Assembly (NCBI GenBank): GCA_951406725.2 | Contig: OX597828.1 | Coordinates: 9,052,001-9,116,000 of the forward strand | Direction: 5' to 3' | Length of the DNA stretch: 64,000 nucleotides | Source: Octopus vulgaris | Taxonomy: Eukaryota | Shown: one piece after another, positions 1-14,443 of the stretch | Numbering within the stretch: position 1 is the first letter of the stretch | Layout: each line of letters begins with the position of its first letter | Position numbers and translations under genes: made by a program | The notes under the pieces: model-generated | Database searches by the model: none | What the model was told of the DNA's origin: nothing | What the model saw: only the letters and a program-made list of their open reading frames with translations

Positions 1-2084
1 AGAAGCTAATTCTAGAATTCTATCGCTCTCCGCAACTGTACGCCATATATTTCCCTCCACCTACACATACATGTTCTGCCTATACACGTACTCGGTGAAA
101 CCATCCCTCTATATAAAGATTTTTGTCTACTAGACTGCTGGATCAGCGTCACTACATAAAATACATCTACTTAATATGCAGTGTCTCACATTTCACTAAA
201 GCCATGATATCATAGATCAGATGAATTGTTGTAGTTCAGACAGCTGTTGCTGACTATTCTTGGAGGCAGATGCACATTACCTCAGAGAAGCCTACAAGTC
301 TTAAAGTTAGTTCAGTTATGAATATACACCAAAATTTCGTAATAACAATGGCGGTGTATAAACGTTCGACAAAATAACACAATTCTACTCAGCGCAATAA
401 CAAGTAGAAGACAATCATCTGAAAGGTGGAGTATGTTACATACCGCACATCCTGGAAGGTGTTCCGATTCCCAAAGTATGTACATTATTTAATCATAATG
501 TTTGTTTATTCTGTACACTTCCTAATAATGTTTCACGCTTTGTAAACATTTTGCCTCACACCAAACATTGCTTATGTTAGATAAATCACAAACGAAACTA
601 TACGCTTTTCTTTTACCAGCTAGGCTCACCTCCATGAAACACACAAATGCCACACGTGAAGCTACTCCAGTCATATCAAACCAATGAGTACGTCATTCCT
701 TCCGCTTCCATCACTAATGTTTGCTTTAAATCTTGTATTCGATCCCATCCTCACAAAACTCTCTCTCTTTCTGTCTCTCCCCTCTTTTGTCCTGTTTCTG
801 TATGTTAAAATAGTCACTGTATCGCTGAAGAAAAGCTGACTAATCTTTCAGACTATTGTTTAACGACACTCATCTGTAAAGTCCCAGGCTGGACACACCC
901 ATTATTAATTGCAGCCTTCACTGCTTGAAATTCTCTCACTATTTTCTGTTCTGAAAAAATAAAAACTTTTTCTATGGACTTTGTCACATATGTCTTTCGA
1001 TATCGGTTCTGGCACAAAAATTATAAGACCTATATCTCTCGTCTCTCTTAGATTGCTGTCTTCACGTTAAATGACGCCAGCATAATACGTCTCAGGAGTT
1101 TCATTTGATCCACATTCTTTCAATTTCGGTATTTGTTGAGTCTGATGTATACATCATTTTATGTATCAACAACCTAATTATTATCAACCACAACAACATC
1201 CACACAGACAGAAATTTCACATCAGTGATATCTCCAATTCTCTTTTGCTAAGAGTCATTAATATAGAATATATTCACATCGCTCTAAAGATACTCTGTCT
1301 CCGAATAATACACAAACGTCTTAATAATGAAATTATAAATTGAATAGTTCAGCCTAGGCATAAAACAGAATGGTTATGTTTTGAATTGTAGACATATTTT
1401 ACAAGTGCTGACGGGAGAGGCTAAACAATTCGAATATTACATGTGAGTGGTCATTGCCGAGGCATATAAAAAAAATCGGTGCATGGCAAAATAAAGCAAA
1501 TATAATATATTCCTCAACCAATTAGAAAGGAAAGCAAATTGTAACCCGAATTCTGAAGTGCTCAAGTGCTAGAATTTACCATTATTGAGAATCGGTCTCG
1601 TAAAATATATATCTTTAGCATACCCTAAAGCTTTTATCACGTAGACTGATATTCTTCAGCATCTTATATTACTCCAGCGCCAAAAAAAAAAAAAAACAAC
1701 CAAATGTGTACAGGTATCAGGTGCACACCTAAATGGAAACCTGTGTCTGTATCTGCCAGGCAGGCAGGGAAGCGATATTTTAAGCTGACTACGGAGATAT
1801 GTTTTGAGTCCTATAAGCTAAATCCATTCACAAACGCACAGCAATAGAAAGGCTGTTTTTTCTACCTGTCTACTCTGACTGGAATGCCTTCTGCTTCCGC
1901 AAGCTTGCCTATTCTGCTGATTAAGGGTAAAGTAGAAGGATATTTCTCAAGATTAATATGGTGTGCCTGATACATATTGGAGCTTAACATCCCTGAAGCT
2001 AGATAAGATGTGCTCGATAAACAGAGACTAAGATTCATTGTTCTGACAAAGTAAACTAGGCTTCGTTGTTTTCGACTGCGATTC

Positions 2085-2189
2085 CATGTGGTGTAGTCGT
2101 TGAGAGCGCGGGCTGCTAACGGCAAGATTCCGAGTTTCATTCCAGGCAGTGACCTGAATAATAATAGGAATAATAATAGTAATAATAAT

Positions 2190-2258
<69 letters not shown>

Positions 2259-2458
2259 TATAATAACAACAACAACAACAACAACAATATCGAAAAAAAC
2301 TCAGGAAATGAGAACCCAGGGTTGAAATTTCCCTAAGACATCTGATGAAGTCTGGAGGGTATATCAGCCGAAACAAAATAAGGACAAATATCCGTCATTT
2401 GTAAATAATGTAAATAAATAATGTACATAATTCCTCATCTCTTAAATATAGAACTGTA
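2085..2458 (+). mobile_element. tRNA-derived SINE-like element with internal (AAT)n tract and a tail containing a hammerhead-core remnant
   Basis: A-box-like TGGTGTAGTCGT (2089) and B-box-like GAGTTTCATTCC (2132). These are followed by (AAT/AAC)n at 2157-2287, then CTGATGA-A-GTCTG...CAGCC-GAAAC at 2342-2374. Confidence 0.55.
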
Positions 2459-2502
2459 TCTCTGTATTTGTACATACATACATACATACATAAGTGTATA
2501 TT

Positions 2503-2574
<72 letters not shown>

Positions 2575-2865
2575 TCTTAACTGATAAGTGTTCTACCATA
2601 ACCAGATGGGATGTCTCCTAGTGGCTGACGATATGTGCATCTGTGATCACGACCAGACGTAGTGGGTGAACATCATAGCCATATGTTTGAGGAATTCTTT
2701 GGCGTTTGGATAATTCACCTCTGGAATAATGGGTGTTTCTTTCAACATACTTAAACAACCCTTGTACAGGGACCTTTTGTGCGTGATGAGCTACTCGACC
2801 TAAAAAAATTCTAATATGGCCCCATCTGCAAAGCCATCCGTTGTTAATTTTCCCATGAGATCAAC
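2575..2865 (+). mobile_element. Fragment of interspersed repeat family L (probable non-LTR retrotransposon 3' end)
   Basis: Homologous to 11930-12463 and 19025-19368 (shared TAGTGGCTGACGATATGTGCATC, CATCATAGCCAT, AAAATTCTAA..GGCCCCATCTGCAA). Confidence 0.7.
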
Positions 2866-3016
2866 ATGTGTGTGTGCATATATATATACATGTACATGTG
2901 TGCGTGCGTGTGTAAGTGAACATGTGTTTGTGCATGTAAATATATACACACACGCACACATATCTATATCTATCTATCTATCTATCTATTTTTCTATCTA
3001 TCTATTTATCTATCTA

Positions 3017-3096
<80 letters not shown>

Positions 3097-5837
3097 TGTA
3101 TATATACTTATGCACAAGTCTGTGCATAAGTAAGGAGTTTCATTCTTCTAAGATGATTTCGCACTCTTTCTACGACGCACAACTTGCATATCCGAGGTTC
3201 TCCACTTGATCGTTGTGGTTTGCTGTTGGTCTTCAGATCTCATACATGAAAACATTTTTAAAAGACGTTTTGCAAAGCATTAGTCCACTTTCCCCACATT
3301 GATAAGATAACGACACCGCGTTATTTAGCCATGTATGGGATCTCTCCACCAACAGCACACCACATACAATTAAGTGGAGAACCGTGAAGAAATCCATGCT
3401 TCTTGGAATTGGATCAAATACATGATTATGGTTTCTACACACAAAAGAGAAGAATAATTTTTTTTTCTGTACCTTCTTCACGATTCACGTTTTTTATCAA
3501 CCTACTTCATATTTCTCTTCCTATTTGTTATGTTTTCTCACAGAGCAGCATTTTTGTTTCCAAATTTATGTAGTGGTATCCACTGAACCTGAATGTGTAC
3601 TTGGAAACACATGGCATGTTGTATAAATCTGCCATATTACTGTATATCTGCAACATGCAAATTTTAATAACTTTGTTTTAAAATTGTGTACACTAAGTGA
3701 TATTTATCTCTCAGTGGATAGAGTAATTTTTCTTCACCCTAACTATATAACAAGTTAAGCAAATATTATCATAAAGATTGACTTGAAGTCGGATATCGTT
3801 CTGATTTTGATTGAAGTGACCATGCCGTTTCAAATTAGAATGGAAGTACACATGCGCGACCCAAGCGTACGCCAGTCTGCCTGAGGGAAGCAATCTCCTT
3901 GATCAAGTTTTTCACTACAGAGGCTGAAGTCAGAGAAGAGTCTGAGAATATCTGCTTACGATCACATGAAACAAGTCTCAGTCTCTGGGAAAAACAAAAC
4001 CGAACTCCTATATGAGAAACAGCGGAGAGATGTTTTTTTGCCGAATTTAGCCGAGGAAAGATAGATTGAAGGCGATATTTTGTATTGAAACGATAAGCAA
4101 AGTCTGACTGTGTCATTATGATAGCATTGAGAATCAACGATATCTGTTCTTTAAGTATAAAATTGAAATCCAAGTCAACGCAGAGGATTCCCAATTAGAT
4201 GAAATTTCCGTATCGTTTAAATGCACACCTCTCTGGTAGCCAAGGGGCTAAAAAAGTATCTGCAAAATGACGTGGATGAGATCCAGCCCCCTTAGACATT
4301 AAAGACCGAAACGCATGCATAATGCAGGTGTCTTCTCTGAAGACCGTGTGCTATTCAGTTCTGTTGAGAGTTTCTTTCCCATTTTCTATAACGTATACAT
4401 TTGTGCGTGTACATTTGTGCATATTGGTGTAAATCGGAACGTCTTCCAAACATGTCTTGTAATATCTGAACTATTTATTTCGTATTCTCTTTACTCCAAT
4501 CTTGAATATCGCCATTAATTTAATAGAAATCAATAAAAGAAATACCAGAGTAACTACTGGTAGTTCATATGATTGAGTAAAATCGTAGAAAACACGAACA
4601 GTTGCAATAATAGAAATAAAAAGTATATAATACCAGAATTATACCATTAGATGACTGAAAAAATGTCTTCTATATATGCAAATAACGCTGATGGCAAGGA
4701 CCATTCTAATAGCAATATAATATTTTTGCCAAATTCATTTTCACATCTTGCCAAGTGAAGAATCTTCACAAAGTCTAACATCGTATTAGCAAGAATGCAA
4801 TGAAACTATAAAGTTGGCTGTTAATAGTCCAGGTTGGTCAAATATTTACTTTAGTAACACCAAAACATGAGATATTTATTTCTTAATTTTTACTAAAGAT
4901 TATCTCCCCGCTTTCGCCAACATATTTTGAACCGGTGATTTTAGTCTTTCCCTCTTTAACGAATTGCATATCTTAGAGAAAACGGCACATAAAATCACGA
5001 TACCACAAAGAAGTTTTCATGTGATTAACTGGCCTGAAAGAAACAGCGGTCATATATACCACCTATTGCACTCTAATATATTTTGGAAATGGACACATCA
5101 AACAATCTAGTACTACATAGATAAAACCAGAGAATGGTAACATTTGTAATATTTCAAACGTTAGTCTACCTAATCTCGCGTAATCTGGAATTAAAAAACA
5201 CAGGATTACCAAAAGATGTCCAAGATATCAAATCTTATAATTTTACCTGTCAATGATTTTAAGGATTTATTCCTTTAAGACATTTAAACTATATGATTAT
5301 TATTTTGCGTGAATTTAATAAATATGTTAGTTCATAAACATATTGACGGGCAAAAACATTTCCTTCCTTTCTTTTTCTTTATTTTTTCTTTCTTTTTTTT
5401 TTTGTATGGACTGAAATAACGGGAATCATATATACTCAATGCAATGCAGATGATTTTTATCCGAGATTAGCAGTTAAATCTGGATCTAGTTATAAACGAC
5501 TTTTTTCGTACAGGTGTTTATACCTGATTAAACATCGTTATCTATGACCATCCTTCTTTTGAAAGTTGTTTGCATGTTATCTAAGGAATCCTGCTGTATT
5601 GTTAGGTATTGATAGATCACGTACAGCCTCCTCATTGCTTCCAGGATAAATATGTATTGCAAATGACCAGGTGACGTGAAATCATCACCTAATTTTTATC
5701 CTTAACTTTGCGTTCTGTCAGTAGTCAAAATATCTCTAAATAACAGAGTAGAACGTACTTTCATATAAACAATATCTAATATCACTATATTCAAATAGAT
5801 ATGTAGCATAGGTACAGAGGTATACGTTGAACCGTCC

Positions 5838-6220
5838 AAGAGCTTGTTTACCAACCACATGGTTTCGGGTTCAGTCCCACTGCGTGGCACATTGGGCAGG
5901 TGTCTTATACTATAGCCTCGGTCCGACCAAAGCCTTGTGAGTGGATTTGGTAGACGGAAACTGAAAGAAGCCCGTCATATATATAGATATATATATGCGT
6001 GTGTGTGTTTGTGTGTCTGCGTTTGTCCCACAAGCATTGCTTGACAACCGATGCTGGTGTGTTTATGTCCTCGTTACTTAGGGGTTCAGCAAAAGAGACC
6101 GATAGAATAAGTACTGGGCTTACAAAAGAATAAGTCCCGGGGTCGAGTTGCTCGATTAAAGGCGGTACTCCAGCATGGCCGCAGTCACATGACTGAAACA
6201 AGTAAAAGAGTAAAAGAGAG
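5838..6220 (+). mobile_element. tRNA-derived SINE, family A, near full length
   Basis: B-box GGTTCAGTCCC, body GACCAAAGCCTTGTGAGTGGATTTGGTAGACGGAAACTGAAAGAAGCCCGTC, internal (TA)/(TG) tract and GTAAAAGA tail. At least 7 other copies occur in the window. Confidence 0.9.
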
Positions 6221-7184
6221 AGTACACAGTTTGGCTACATATCAGAATAGTTATAGCTAGAATGGCATTGAAAATAGTTGTGTAAGAAAATTATTAACCT
6301 AGGGCTAGATTATACAATATTTAATAATATACGTGTCTAGTGTATCCTGCAGAGTTTGATGGAGTAATTGATCTTGATTTACTGCAAACGGGAACTGAAT
6401 TATTGAAAGAGTAGTCATTGAAACAACTTGTATGGAATTTTCTTACAGAACCCTACCGATATTTAACATTTGAATGTGGATAAATATTAATGCTAATTCA
6501 AGATCTATTCGCTTCACCACATTATACTTAGAACGTGCCGTTGACGTATTCAGTTCAGATTTGCTGGAAGGGTTGAAGAGACCGGCCTCATTTTTCAAAC
6601 CAGCATTTGTACAGTCTTCTCCAAAGAGTACCATATTGCAAAGCTATCCTAAAGATAAAACATACCTAACATACGTGATGCTCATGGCTGAATAACTTCA
6701 AACCCTGTACAGCATAAGGGCTTGGTGGTGTCCTTGTCTATAGATTGAAAGCCTATTTTTTTATTAAATGTTACACCAGAAGATCTCACAAAAAGATTGT
6801 AATATCGTTTAGTACGCCACTGCTGATAATAAAGTCGTAGGGTGTACTATGATTAGCTAATACCAAAATCCATTAATGCTCGATTTCCGTATGATTTCAA
6901 GGCGAGTCTGTTATGGTAGCCAGAGAAAATTCAATGTGTTACGTGTTGATTATGTAAAGAGTGGTTGCATAAGTTGTGTATTTGAGTAGGTCAGGATAAA
7001 TGGTGTTGCGATAGTCTGTGTTACAGATATTCTTGATTATAGAGTTGCCGATAATGATATTTGTTACAGTAAAAAATAATGCACACGTGACTGGAACCGC
7101 AAGTTTAGTTACTGCGGTTCTTTGTTTTCAGAATCATTACTATTAATACATTGTGGACGATTCTGAGGAGCAGAGAACTACATA

Positions 7185-7225
<41 letters not shown>

Positions 7226-7491
7226 GCTGATACACATTACACTGATAATGGCGTCTACGACGAAAATGATGAAGCTATAATGCTCATGATGGTGGAAGAG
7301 CAAATGATTATGACGATGATGATGATGATGATTATGATGATGTTAAAGAACGTGGGTAGGGTGATAAATTTGGGGAAGTGATCGACAGTAATCACCGTTA
7401 GGATCGTATGTCTGCTTAATGAAAATAGAAACGGATCAAAGTAATAATAAAAATAATAAAATTATTAGCAATAATAATAGATATACTTATA

Positions 7492-7589
<98 letters not shown>

Positions 7590-7597
7590 CAATAATA

Positions 7598-7683
<86 letters not shown>
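7492..7683. repeat. (AAT)n microsatellite
   Basis: Direct reading; explains the poly-Ile ORF 7465-7752. Confidence 0.97.
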
Positions 7684-8406
7684 TGCTACGCCGCTGATCA
7701 CAATAGTGAATGCACTAAAAATACGTTGCAGCATCTCAGGGCACAGTTTCACTGGAATATGGCGGAGAAATTACTATACACCATTTAGTGATCAATAGAA
7801 ACTTAGTGAATATGTAAATGAAAAAAAAAAGAAGAGAAAAAACAACAAAACAACAGAAAAAACTGAAACAACCTCCTCCATCTCCGCAAAAAAAAAAATC
7901 AGCCATAACAACAACAAAAGCTGCTACAGCAAGAACAAAAAAAATATAAGTTGTTCTCACAATGTTATTTTATATTGCTTTATTGCTTCTGAAATGAAAG
8001 TAAAAATGCAGCATCAAAGACATTGATTAGTGAAGCAGAAAGAAGCTGGACATTAAAACGCTTCATTGAGCGTGTTACCATGTGTCTGAAAGTGACTTTG
8101 CCAAACGCTGAGCATGAAACGGTTTTCTATAGAGTTTTATAAGTTTTATAGCCTATTGACAAGAATCAATAGATATAACATAAATTTTACTCTCCCTCAG
8201 TAAAGTTAAAATAATGTAAAATATAGAAAGAAAAAAAAAACATACATACATACATACATTCATACATACATGCATACATACAAAAAGCAAAAAAAAAAAA
8301 ACATTGCTTTACAGTCGTAACTTGTTCGCACATAGACACGCACAACTCCGCTAACAACATAAAACCCAAACCTTGTACTTGTATACATATAATGTTTAAC
8401 ACGTAC

Positions 8407-8479
<73 letters not shown>

Positions 8480-8675
8480 TACATATTTATATATATATAT
8501 ATGTATAAATGCATGCATTCATATAGTTATATATATATATATATATACATATATATATACACCTAAAAGTATATAATCTCTATAGGTATTATATATATAT
8601 GTATGTATGTATGTATATGCATATCTACATCTATATATAAATTTATGCGCGTGTGTGTGTGCGTGAACATATATA

Positions 8676-8715
<40 letters not shown>

Positions 8716-9456
8716 CACATACATAAACACACAGCTATATGGATACATGTACGTATGCGTTCGTGTATGTGTCTATGTATGTATATAATATGACTGTCTA
8801 CACATTACGTCAAGTACTCACTACACCTGCACGCATTCATGTTCACACCCCCACGGTTATTCATAGATACATGCATATGTACGTATGTTTACTCTCACAT
8901 TCACAAAGTGATGGTAAAGAAAAAATATACAACTAAATTTTACCGGTCCGTTCATTCACCATCATTGCGTTTTTCATAGGAATACATTTCCGTGTGATTG
9001 TACTTTTATTGTTTTAAGACAATGGAACAGAAAATGAACTTACTTATGTTTTCGCTAAACAAATAACAACAAAATCTTTAAAAATCGAATAATAAAACTA
9101 TATATAAAACTACATGCAAATGCAAGAAGTTGTAAAGCATGCTTATACATCCACAGCAATGTACCTATCGTTATATGTACATGCGTCTAGATATATATTT
9201 ATGCATAGGTACACGTAAATACACTCAATTATATATAGTATATGGATAGGTATATATATATCGACTATTTTATATTTTAAATATATATACATACACATTT
9301 AAATATATATATATATATATATATACATATATGTGTGTGTGTGTGTGTGTGTGTATTTATATACGTGTGTGCGCGCATATATATATACACGAATGTGCAT
9401 ATATATGTGTGCGTGTGTGCGTGTGTGTGTTTGTGTGTGTATGTGTGTGATTGAGC

Positions 9457-9495
<39 letters not shown>

Positions 9496-11156
9496 TAAAT
9501 ATATAAATATGTATTAATATAATATATATACTTATATATTATTCACATATATATCACAAATTATATGCTATGTGTATAAAGATATCATTAATGCATACAA
9601 CAATATATATATATACATTACCATATATATACATACATATATATATATATATATATATGTATGTATATATATATTAAAATATATTCATGTATACAGAACT
9701 ATGCATCTGTACATGTATATGAATAAATATGCACATTTTTGGTGTATATGTATGCGTAGGATTCTTTCTTGTATGTTGAAACAATAGCAAGCATTTACGT
9801 TTTAGTTCAATTCACATTTCCACTTCAATACGGACTATATCCCACCTTAAATATCGACCCACAGTCTTAATAAGTGTTCACCTATTATTCTCTTTATGTT
9901 CATTTTTATATTGATCACTTGAATTATTTTATTCACAATAAGATTTTTTTGTATTAAGCAGAGTGTATATACACACAAGTACATACATACATATGTCTGT
10001 GTGTCCGAATATACTTGTTCGAATGTGTTTATACATATATATATACATGTGTGTGTGTATGTGTTTGTATGTGTTAGTGTGTGTGTAACACGCACGTATA
10101 TCTGCATTAACGTACAAGCCTACAAGAAAACACACACACACATATATATAAATACTTACATGAATACATAGAGTGGGGAGAGGGAGGAGTGGATGTGAAA
10201 AGAGAGGTGCTGTATGTCTATACAACTCCGTAAACCCAAATGTAAACATCCAACATTCGTTTATGCGTCGTGGTTTCAATTTCTGTTGGTAAGCAATTCT
10301 TTAATTTAATTGGCGAAATAGGTGAGAATATGTTACAGTTATTGTAATTTATATATTTATTGCTTCTTGTACTGTCTATGTCTTCTTTCAATCTAAAATA
10401 TTTCAAAAATATCTGAATAATATTAATGCATGTGAAATAATATGCATTGTGTAAGGGGGAAAAATGTAACGAAGACTTATTTCAAAACACAGTTTACATA
10501 TTTTTTCTGCTTTTAGGTTTCTATGTAATTAAATAATGTCTTCAGTGCTTTTTATTCCTTTTCATGCGTTAATTTTTAACTGTTTAAATAACTCTCTGTA
10601 GCGGGAAGCTTTCATTTTTTCCATGCATAACGCGTCTGTAATATGATTACATACCCTCAACACTCGTTACGGTACATTCACCGGTTTCAAAAATATCTGT
10701 GAGAAACATATGCTCATCCATCTAAACCTTACGATTAAAGTACACCTTTGTTTAGGGATAACCTTATAGGGAATAAGAAAGCGGAAATTATGAAGACGCA
10801 ATGGTGAATCGTAATATATTCGTTTAATAATTTCAACGTCTTGAAATGGCTAGCAAATTTTTAGGCTAGCAAAAGTTAGGTTTTTAGAAATTGACCTGGT
10901 GACCTCATATCCGACTATTCTATAAGATTGGTTCCCGATTCCTTAGAAAACATGACGGCTTGTGATCTTGAAGGAGACTCACTCAAGATTAACACAATAT
11001 ACTTTTAAAACAAACAAGAGATATATTACAGATATATTTTCTATTACAGTCTTTAAACACAAAGGGTTGCTAAATGTTATCATCATCCCAATATATCTTT
11101 ATTTTGTTGTATTTTGAGTTGCAGCTACACCATGATGATAATAATGTTTCCTATTA

Positions 11157-11368
11157 AGGTGGAGAGGTGGCAGAATCGTTAGCACACCGGGTAAAATGCT
11201 TAGCGGCATTTCGTCGGTATTTAGGTTCTGAGTTCAAATTTAATCGAGGTAAACTTTGCTTTTAATCCTTTCGGTGTCTATGAAATAATTACCACTAGAG
11301 TACTGTGGTCGATGTAATCGATTAAAGCTCATTCTCGAAATAGCTGGCCTTGTGCTAAAATTTGAAAC
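11157..11368 (+). mobile_element. tRNA-derived SINE, family B
   Basis: Head GGTGGAGAGGTGGCAGAATCGTTAGCA, B-box GAGTTCAAATT, body CTTTAATCCTTTCGG...GGTCGATGTAATCGA. Several reverse-strand copies occur in the window. Confidence 0.8.
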
Positions 11369-11384
11369 TTGTATTTTTTGCTAC

Positions 11385-11548
11385 TATGGGCACAAATCCT
11401 TGCGTTTAGGAGTGGAGGGGTAGGATGATTGAATTTACACAATTAGTATTTAATTGTTCGACACCGAATGAAGGAAAAACACTAAGTCGGAAAAATACTT
11501 CTAAGTTCCTTGCCCAGCGTGCCAAATATTTTCCCAGTTCGACGCCTT
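11385..11548 (-). mobile_element. SINE family B, degenerate copy
   Basis: Ends in CCAGTTCGACGCCTT, the reverse complement of the family head; internal GACACCGAATGAAGGAAAA matches the body. Confidence 0.55.
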
Positions 11549-11569
11549 AATAATAATAATGATGAAAAT

Positions 11570-11770
11570 TTTGGCTCCTCACCAGCAAATTCGGATGAGA
11601 GATAAGTTGATTACATCGACAAATTGTTCAACTGGAACTTATTTTACTGACCCCTAATGGATGAAACGCAAAATCGATCTCGGTGGAACGTGAACTCAGA
11701 ACTTACAGACTGATGAAATGCCACTGAGCATTTTGTCCAGTATGCCAACAATTCAGCCACCTCGCCACCT
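11570..11770 (-). mobile_element. SINE family B
   Basis: GATTACATCGAC...CTTATTTTACTGACCCCTAATGGATGAAACGCAAAATCGATCTCGGTGGAACGTGAACTCAGAAC...CTCGCCACC is the reverse complement of 11157-11368. Confidence 0.8.
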
Positions 11771-11771
11771 G

Positions 11772-11777
11772 AATAAC

Positions 11778-11827
<50 letters not shown>

Positions 11828-11852
11828 TAACAATAATAAAAATAATATTGAT

Positions 11853-11898
<46 letters not shown>

Positions 11899-11921
11899 TT
11901 AATAATAATAACAACAATAAT
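11772..11921. repeat. (AAT)n microsatellite
   Basis: Direct reading. Confidence 0.95.
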
Positions 11922-11929
11922 AGAATGTA

Positions 11930-12463
11930 CTGATGCTGTACCAGGCAGTGGCTCTCATGGCGTCTGGCCTTAGCTGAATGGAAATGTTATTATGTATATT
12001 GTTGTCTCTTGGCATAAAAGATGGGCTACAGGAAATATTTTGCTCAATACCACAGATTTGCTTGTCAGTTGTTTGACCTTAACCAGTTGACCATGTCCCT
12101 TAGTGGCTGAGGATATGTGCATCTATGATCATGAGTAGAAGTAGTGGGGGAGCATCATAGCCATGTATTAAGAGGAATTATTAGAGGTTTGGGTATTTCA
12201 CATTTGGAATCATGGGTAGTCGTTCAACATCCTTATTCAGGGACATTTTGACCGGGATGTGCTTACTCAACCAGAATAAAATTCTAACTGAGCCCCATCT
12301 GCAAGTCATGCGCTGTTTATCTTGATATGAGATCATCATGTTTCGCACATATGGTTGCGGTGCATGGGCCTGGTGTCCCGTATCCGTAGTCATGATGGGT
12401 ATTCTGGGCTTCGTATATTTTACCCCAGTGTCAATTTGATGGCATGCACTGCTCTCTCACTCA
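11930..12463 (+). mobile_element. Longest copy of repeat family L (probable LINE 3' end with (AAT)n tail)
   Basis: Homologous to 2575-2865 and 19025-19368. Ends in GATGGCATGCACTGCTCTCTCACTCA followed by (AAT)n, like the 19-kb copy. Confidence 0.75.
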
Positions 12464-13225
12464 ATGATAATAATAATAATAATAATAACCTGTGAATTTG
12501 CGTGTGTAATCTGGGAATGCATACAATGAGCTTCTCTGCCGAAGATGTACGGAAAACACTCGGCGAGAAACGGAGAAAATTTGTAAAAGGAAAACTATAA
12601 TAATAATAATGATCTAGGGCACATATCCACGTATTGGGTGAGGAGATAAATGGTTTGCTAGTTATTACATCGATTTCGAACTCAGAACCTAAAGACGGAC
12701 GACAGGCCAAGAAATATTTTGACAAGTAATCCATCGATTCTGCCAGCACACCACTTACAAAAACCACAACAACAACTAAGAATAGTATTGTATCACCAAA
12801 TTAATGAATGATACTTACGCCAAGGGTATAGTAACCATAAAGGATTGTGTTAATTAGAGTGTGTACTCCTGACTATGTGAAAAAAAAGAATATATACATA
12901 TGTTCAAAGTACAGTGCTTTCTCTGATCCTCGTAGCAATGACTTGAGTTAAAAGTAATGGGACAATCAATTACTATGTTAATATTACAAAAGATGCGGTG
13001 CAAGAATAACGACTGAACTGGCAACCTAGATTCTGGAAATTTTAGCTGGGTATCAAGGAACGGAAGAATACGCCGGGAATGTTAAACAGGCTGTAAAATA
13101 CACGAAAATTGTGAAGAAATAGGTCATGAAGGGATTGAGGTGGTTATTTTGTGCTGGAGAAAGAGAGGAAGATTGACGAAAAATAAATGAAAGAGAAAGA
13201 AGAAAGAGAAAAAGAAAAAGGACGA

Positions 13226-13401
13226 GGGGATGACGGGGAAGAAGACGATGATAATGGTGACGACGCCGACGACGATGGTGATGATGATGATGAAGAAGAA
13301 GAAGAAGAAGAAGAAGAAGAAGAAGAAGAAGAAGAAGAAGAAGAAGAAGAAGAAGAAGAAGAAGAAGAAGAAGAAGAAGAAGAAGAAGAAGAAGAAGAAG
13401 A
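13226..13401. repeat. (GAT/GAC)n-(GAA)n compound microsatellite
   Basis: Direct reading; explains the poly-E, poly-K and poly-L ORFs. Confidence 0.95.
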
Positions 13402-13593
13402 ATTACAACAAGTATAACAAAATGAGATGGAGCGTCTGAATCAAAAGCCTTGAAGCAACGGAGCAATTTGCAAATGGCACCTGAGGGAAGAGCAGACAAA
13501 AGAAGAGATGGCAATTAATAATAAATTAAATTGAAAAAAAATAAATATACGGCAAACACATATATAGATAATCCGTAGCATATATAATAATAT

Positions 13594-13712
<119 letters not shown>

Positions 13713-13925
13713 ATATACATATATACATGTATAAATATTTAATGCACGTATACGTACGGAAATTACACTGACACACACTCACACACACACCCACAAATAC
13801 GCACACATATATAGATTTTAAGATTTATGTATGCAGGTGCATATGTATGTATTATTTTATGATTACATAAGGGAATGAATAAACAATGAAATGTAAATGA
13901 AAATCGGATAAGAGAAAGAGGAGTA

Positions 13926-14443
13926 CCGTAAATCCTCGAGTATAATCCGCCCTTGAGTATAATACGCAGGTGACTTTTCGGGGACAGTATCTCTGAAAAA
14001 CTTAAACCTTGTGTATAATACGCATCCCTTCTCTAACTTGAGTCAAGAAGGTCTATATAATGTCCTTGGTTTGTAAAAATGTATACGGTAACGTATTTTA
14101 TTATTGTATATTTAACAAAATGTAAACGCATAGTTTTTTGCACAATTTGTTTGCAGAAAATAAAGAAATAATAATAATAAAAGGAATAACGTTTAATAAA
14201 TGTTGCTTACTGCAAGTTATGGATGATTCTTTTATGACTTCATTGCTTTCAGGCTTAGCTTAAAGTATTTTCGCGCCCGACATCACAAAATGCGTCTGAC
14301 TAAACATTGCCGGACAGCAAATAAAGACTCGGTCATTGCTTAGAAAATATTTTTCATTTTTAACCTCGTATATAGTACGCACAAGGGATTTCGACCTTTA
14401 AATTTTGGGGGAAAAAAGGCGGATTATACTCGAGGATTTACGA
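13926..14443. mobile_element. Non-autonomous DNA transposon (MITE), Tc1/mariner-pogo type
   Basis: Perfect 25-bp TIR: CGTAAATCCTCGAGTATAATCCGCC (13927-13951) and GGCGGATTATACTCGAGGATTTACG (14418-14442). TA lies immediately 5' of the CCGTA end. Internal GTATAATACGCA repeats; no ORF. Confidence 0.85.

Noticed and set aside
1-350. Possible Penelope RT remnant (…HYLREAYK…)
   Set aside because: Only a few residues resemble the motif; too weak without an alignment.
2089-2150. Functional tRNA gene (also considered for the heads at 54001 and 63698)
   Set aside because: No complete cloverleaf or acceptor stem; these are SINE heads continuing into repeat bodies.
13053-13514. Poly-Glu, poly-Lys and poly-Leu ORFs, and similar poly-Asn, Ile, Met and YI ORFs throughout
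   Set aside because: Translations of microsatellites, open in several frames, with no splice or domain support.
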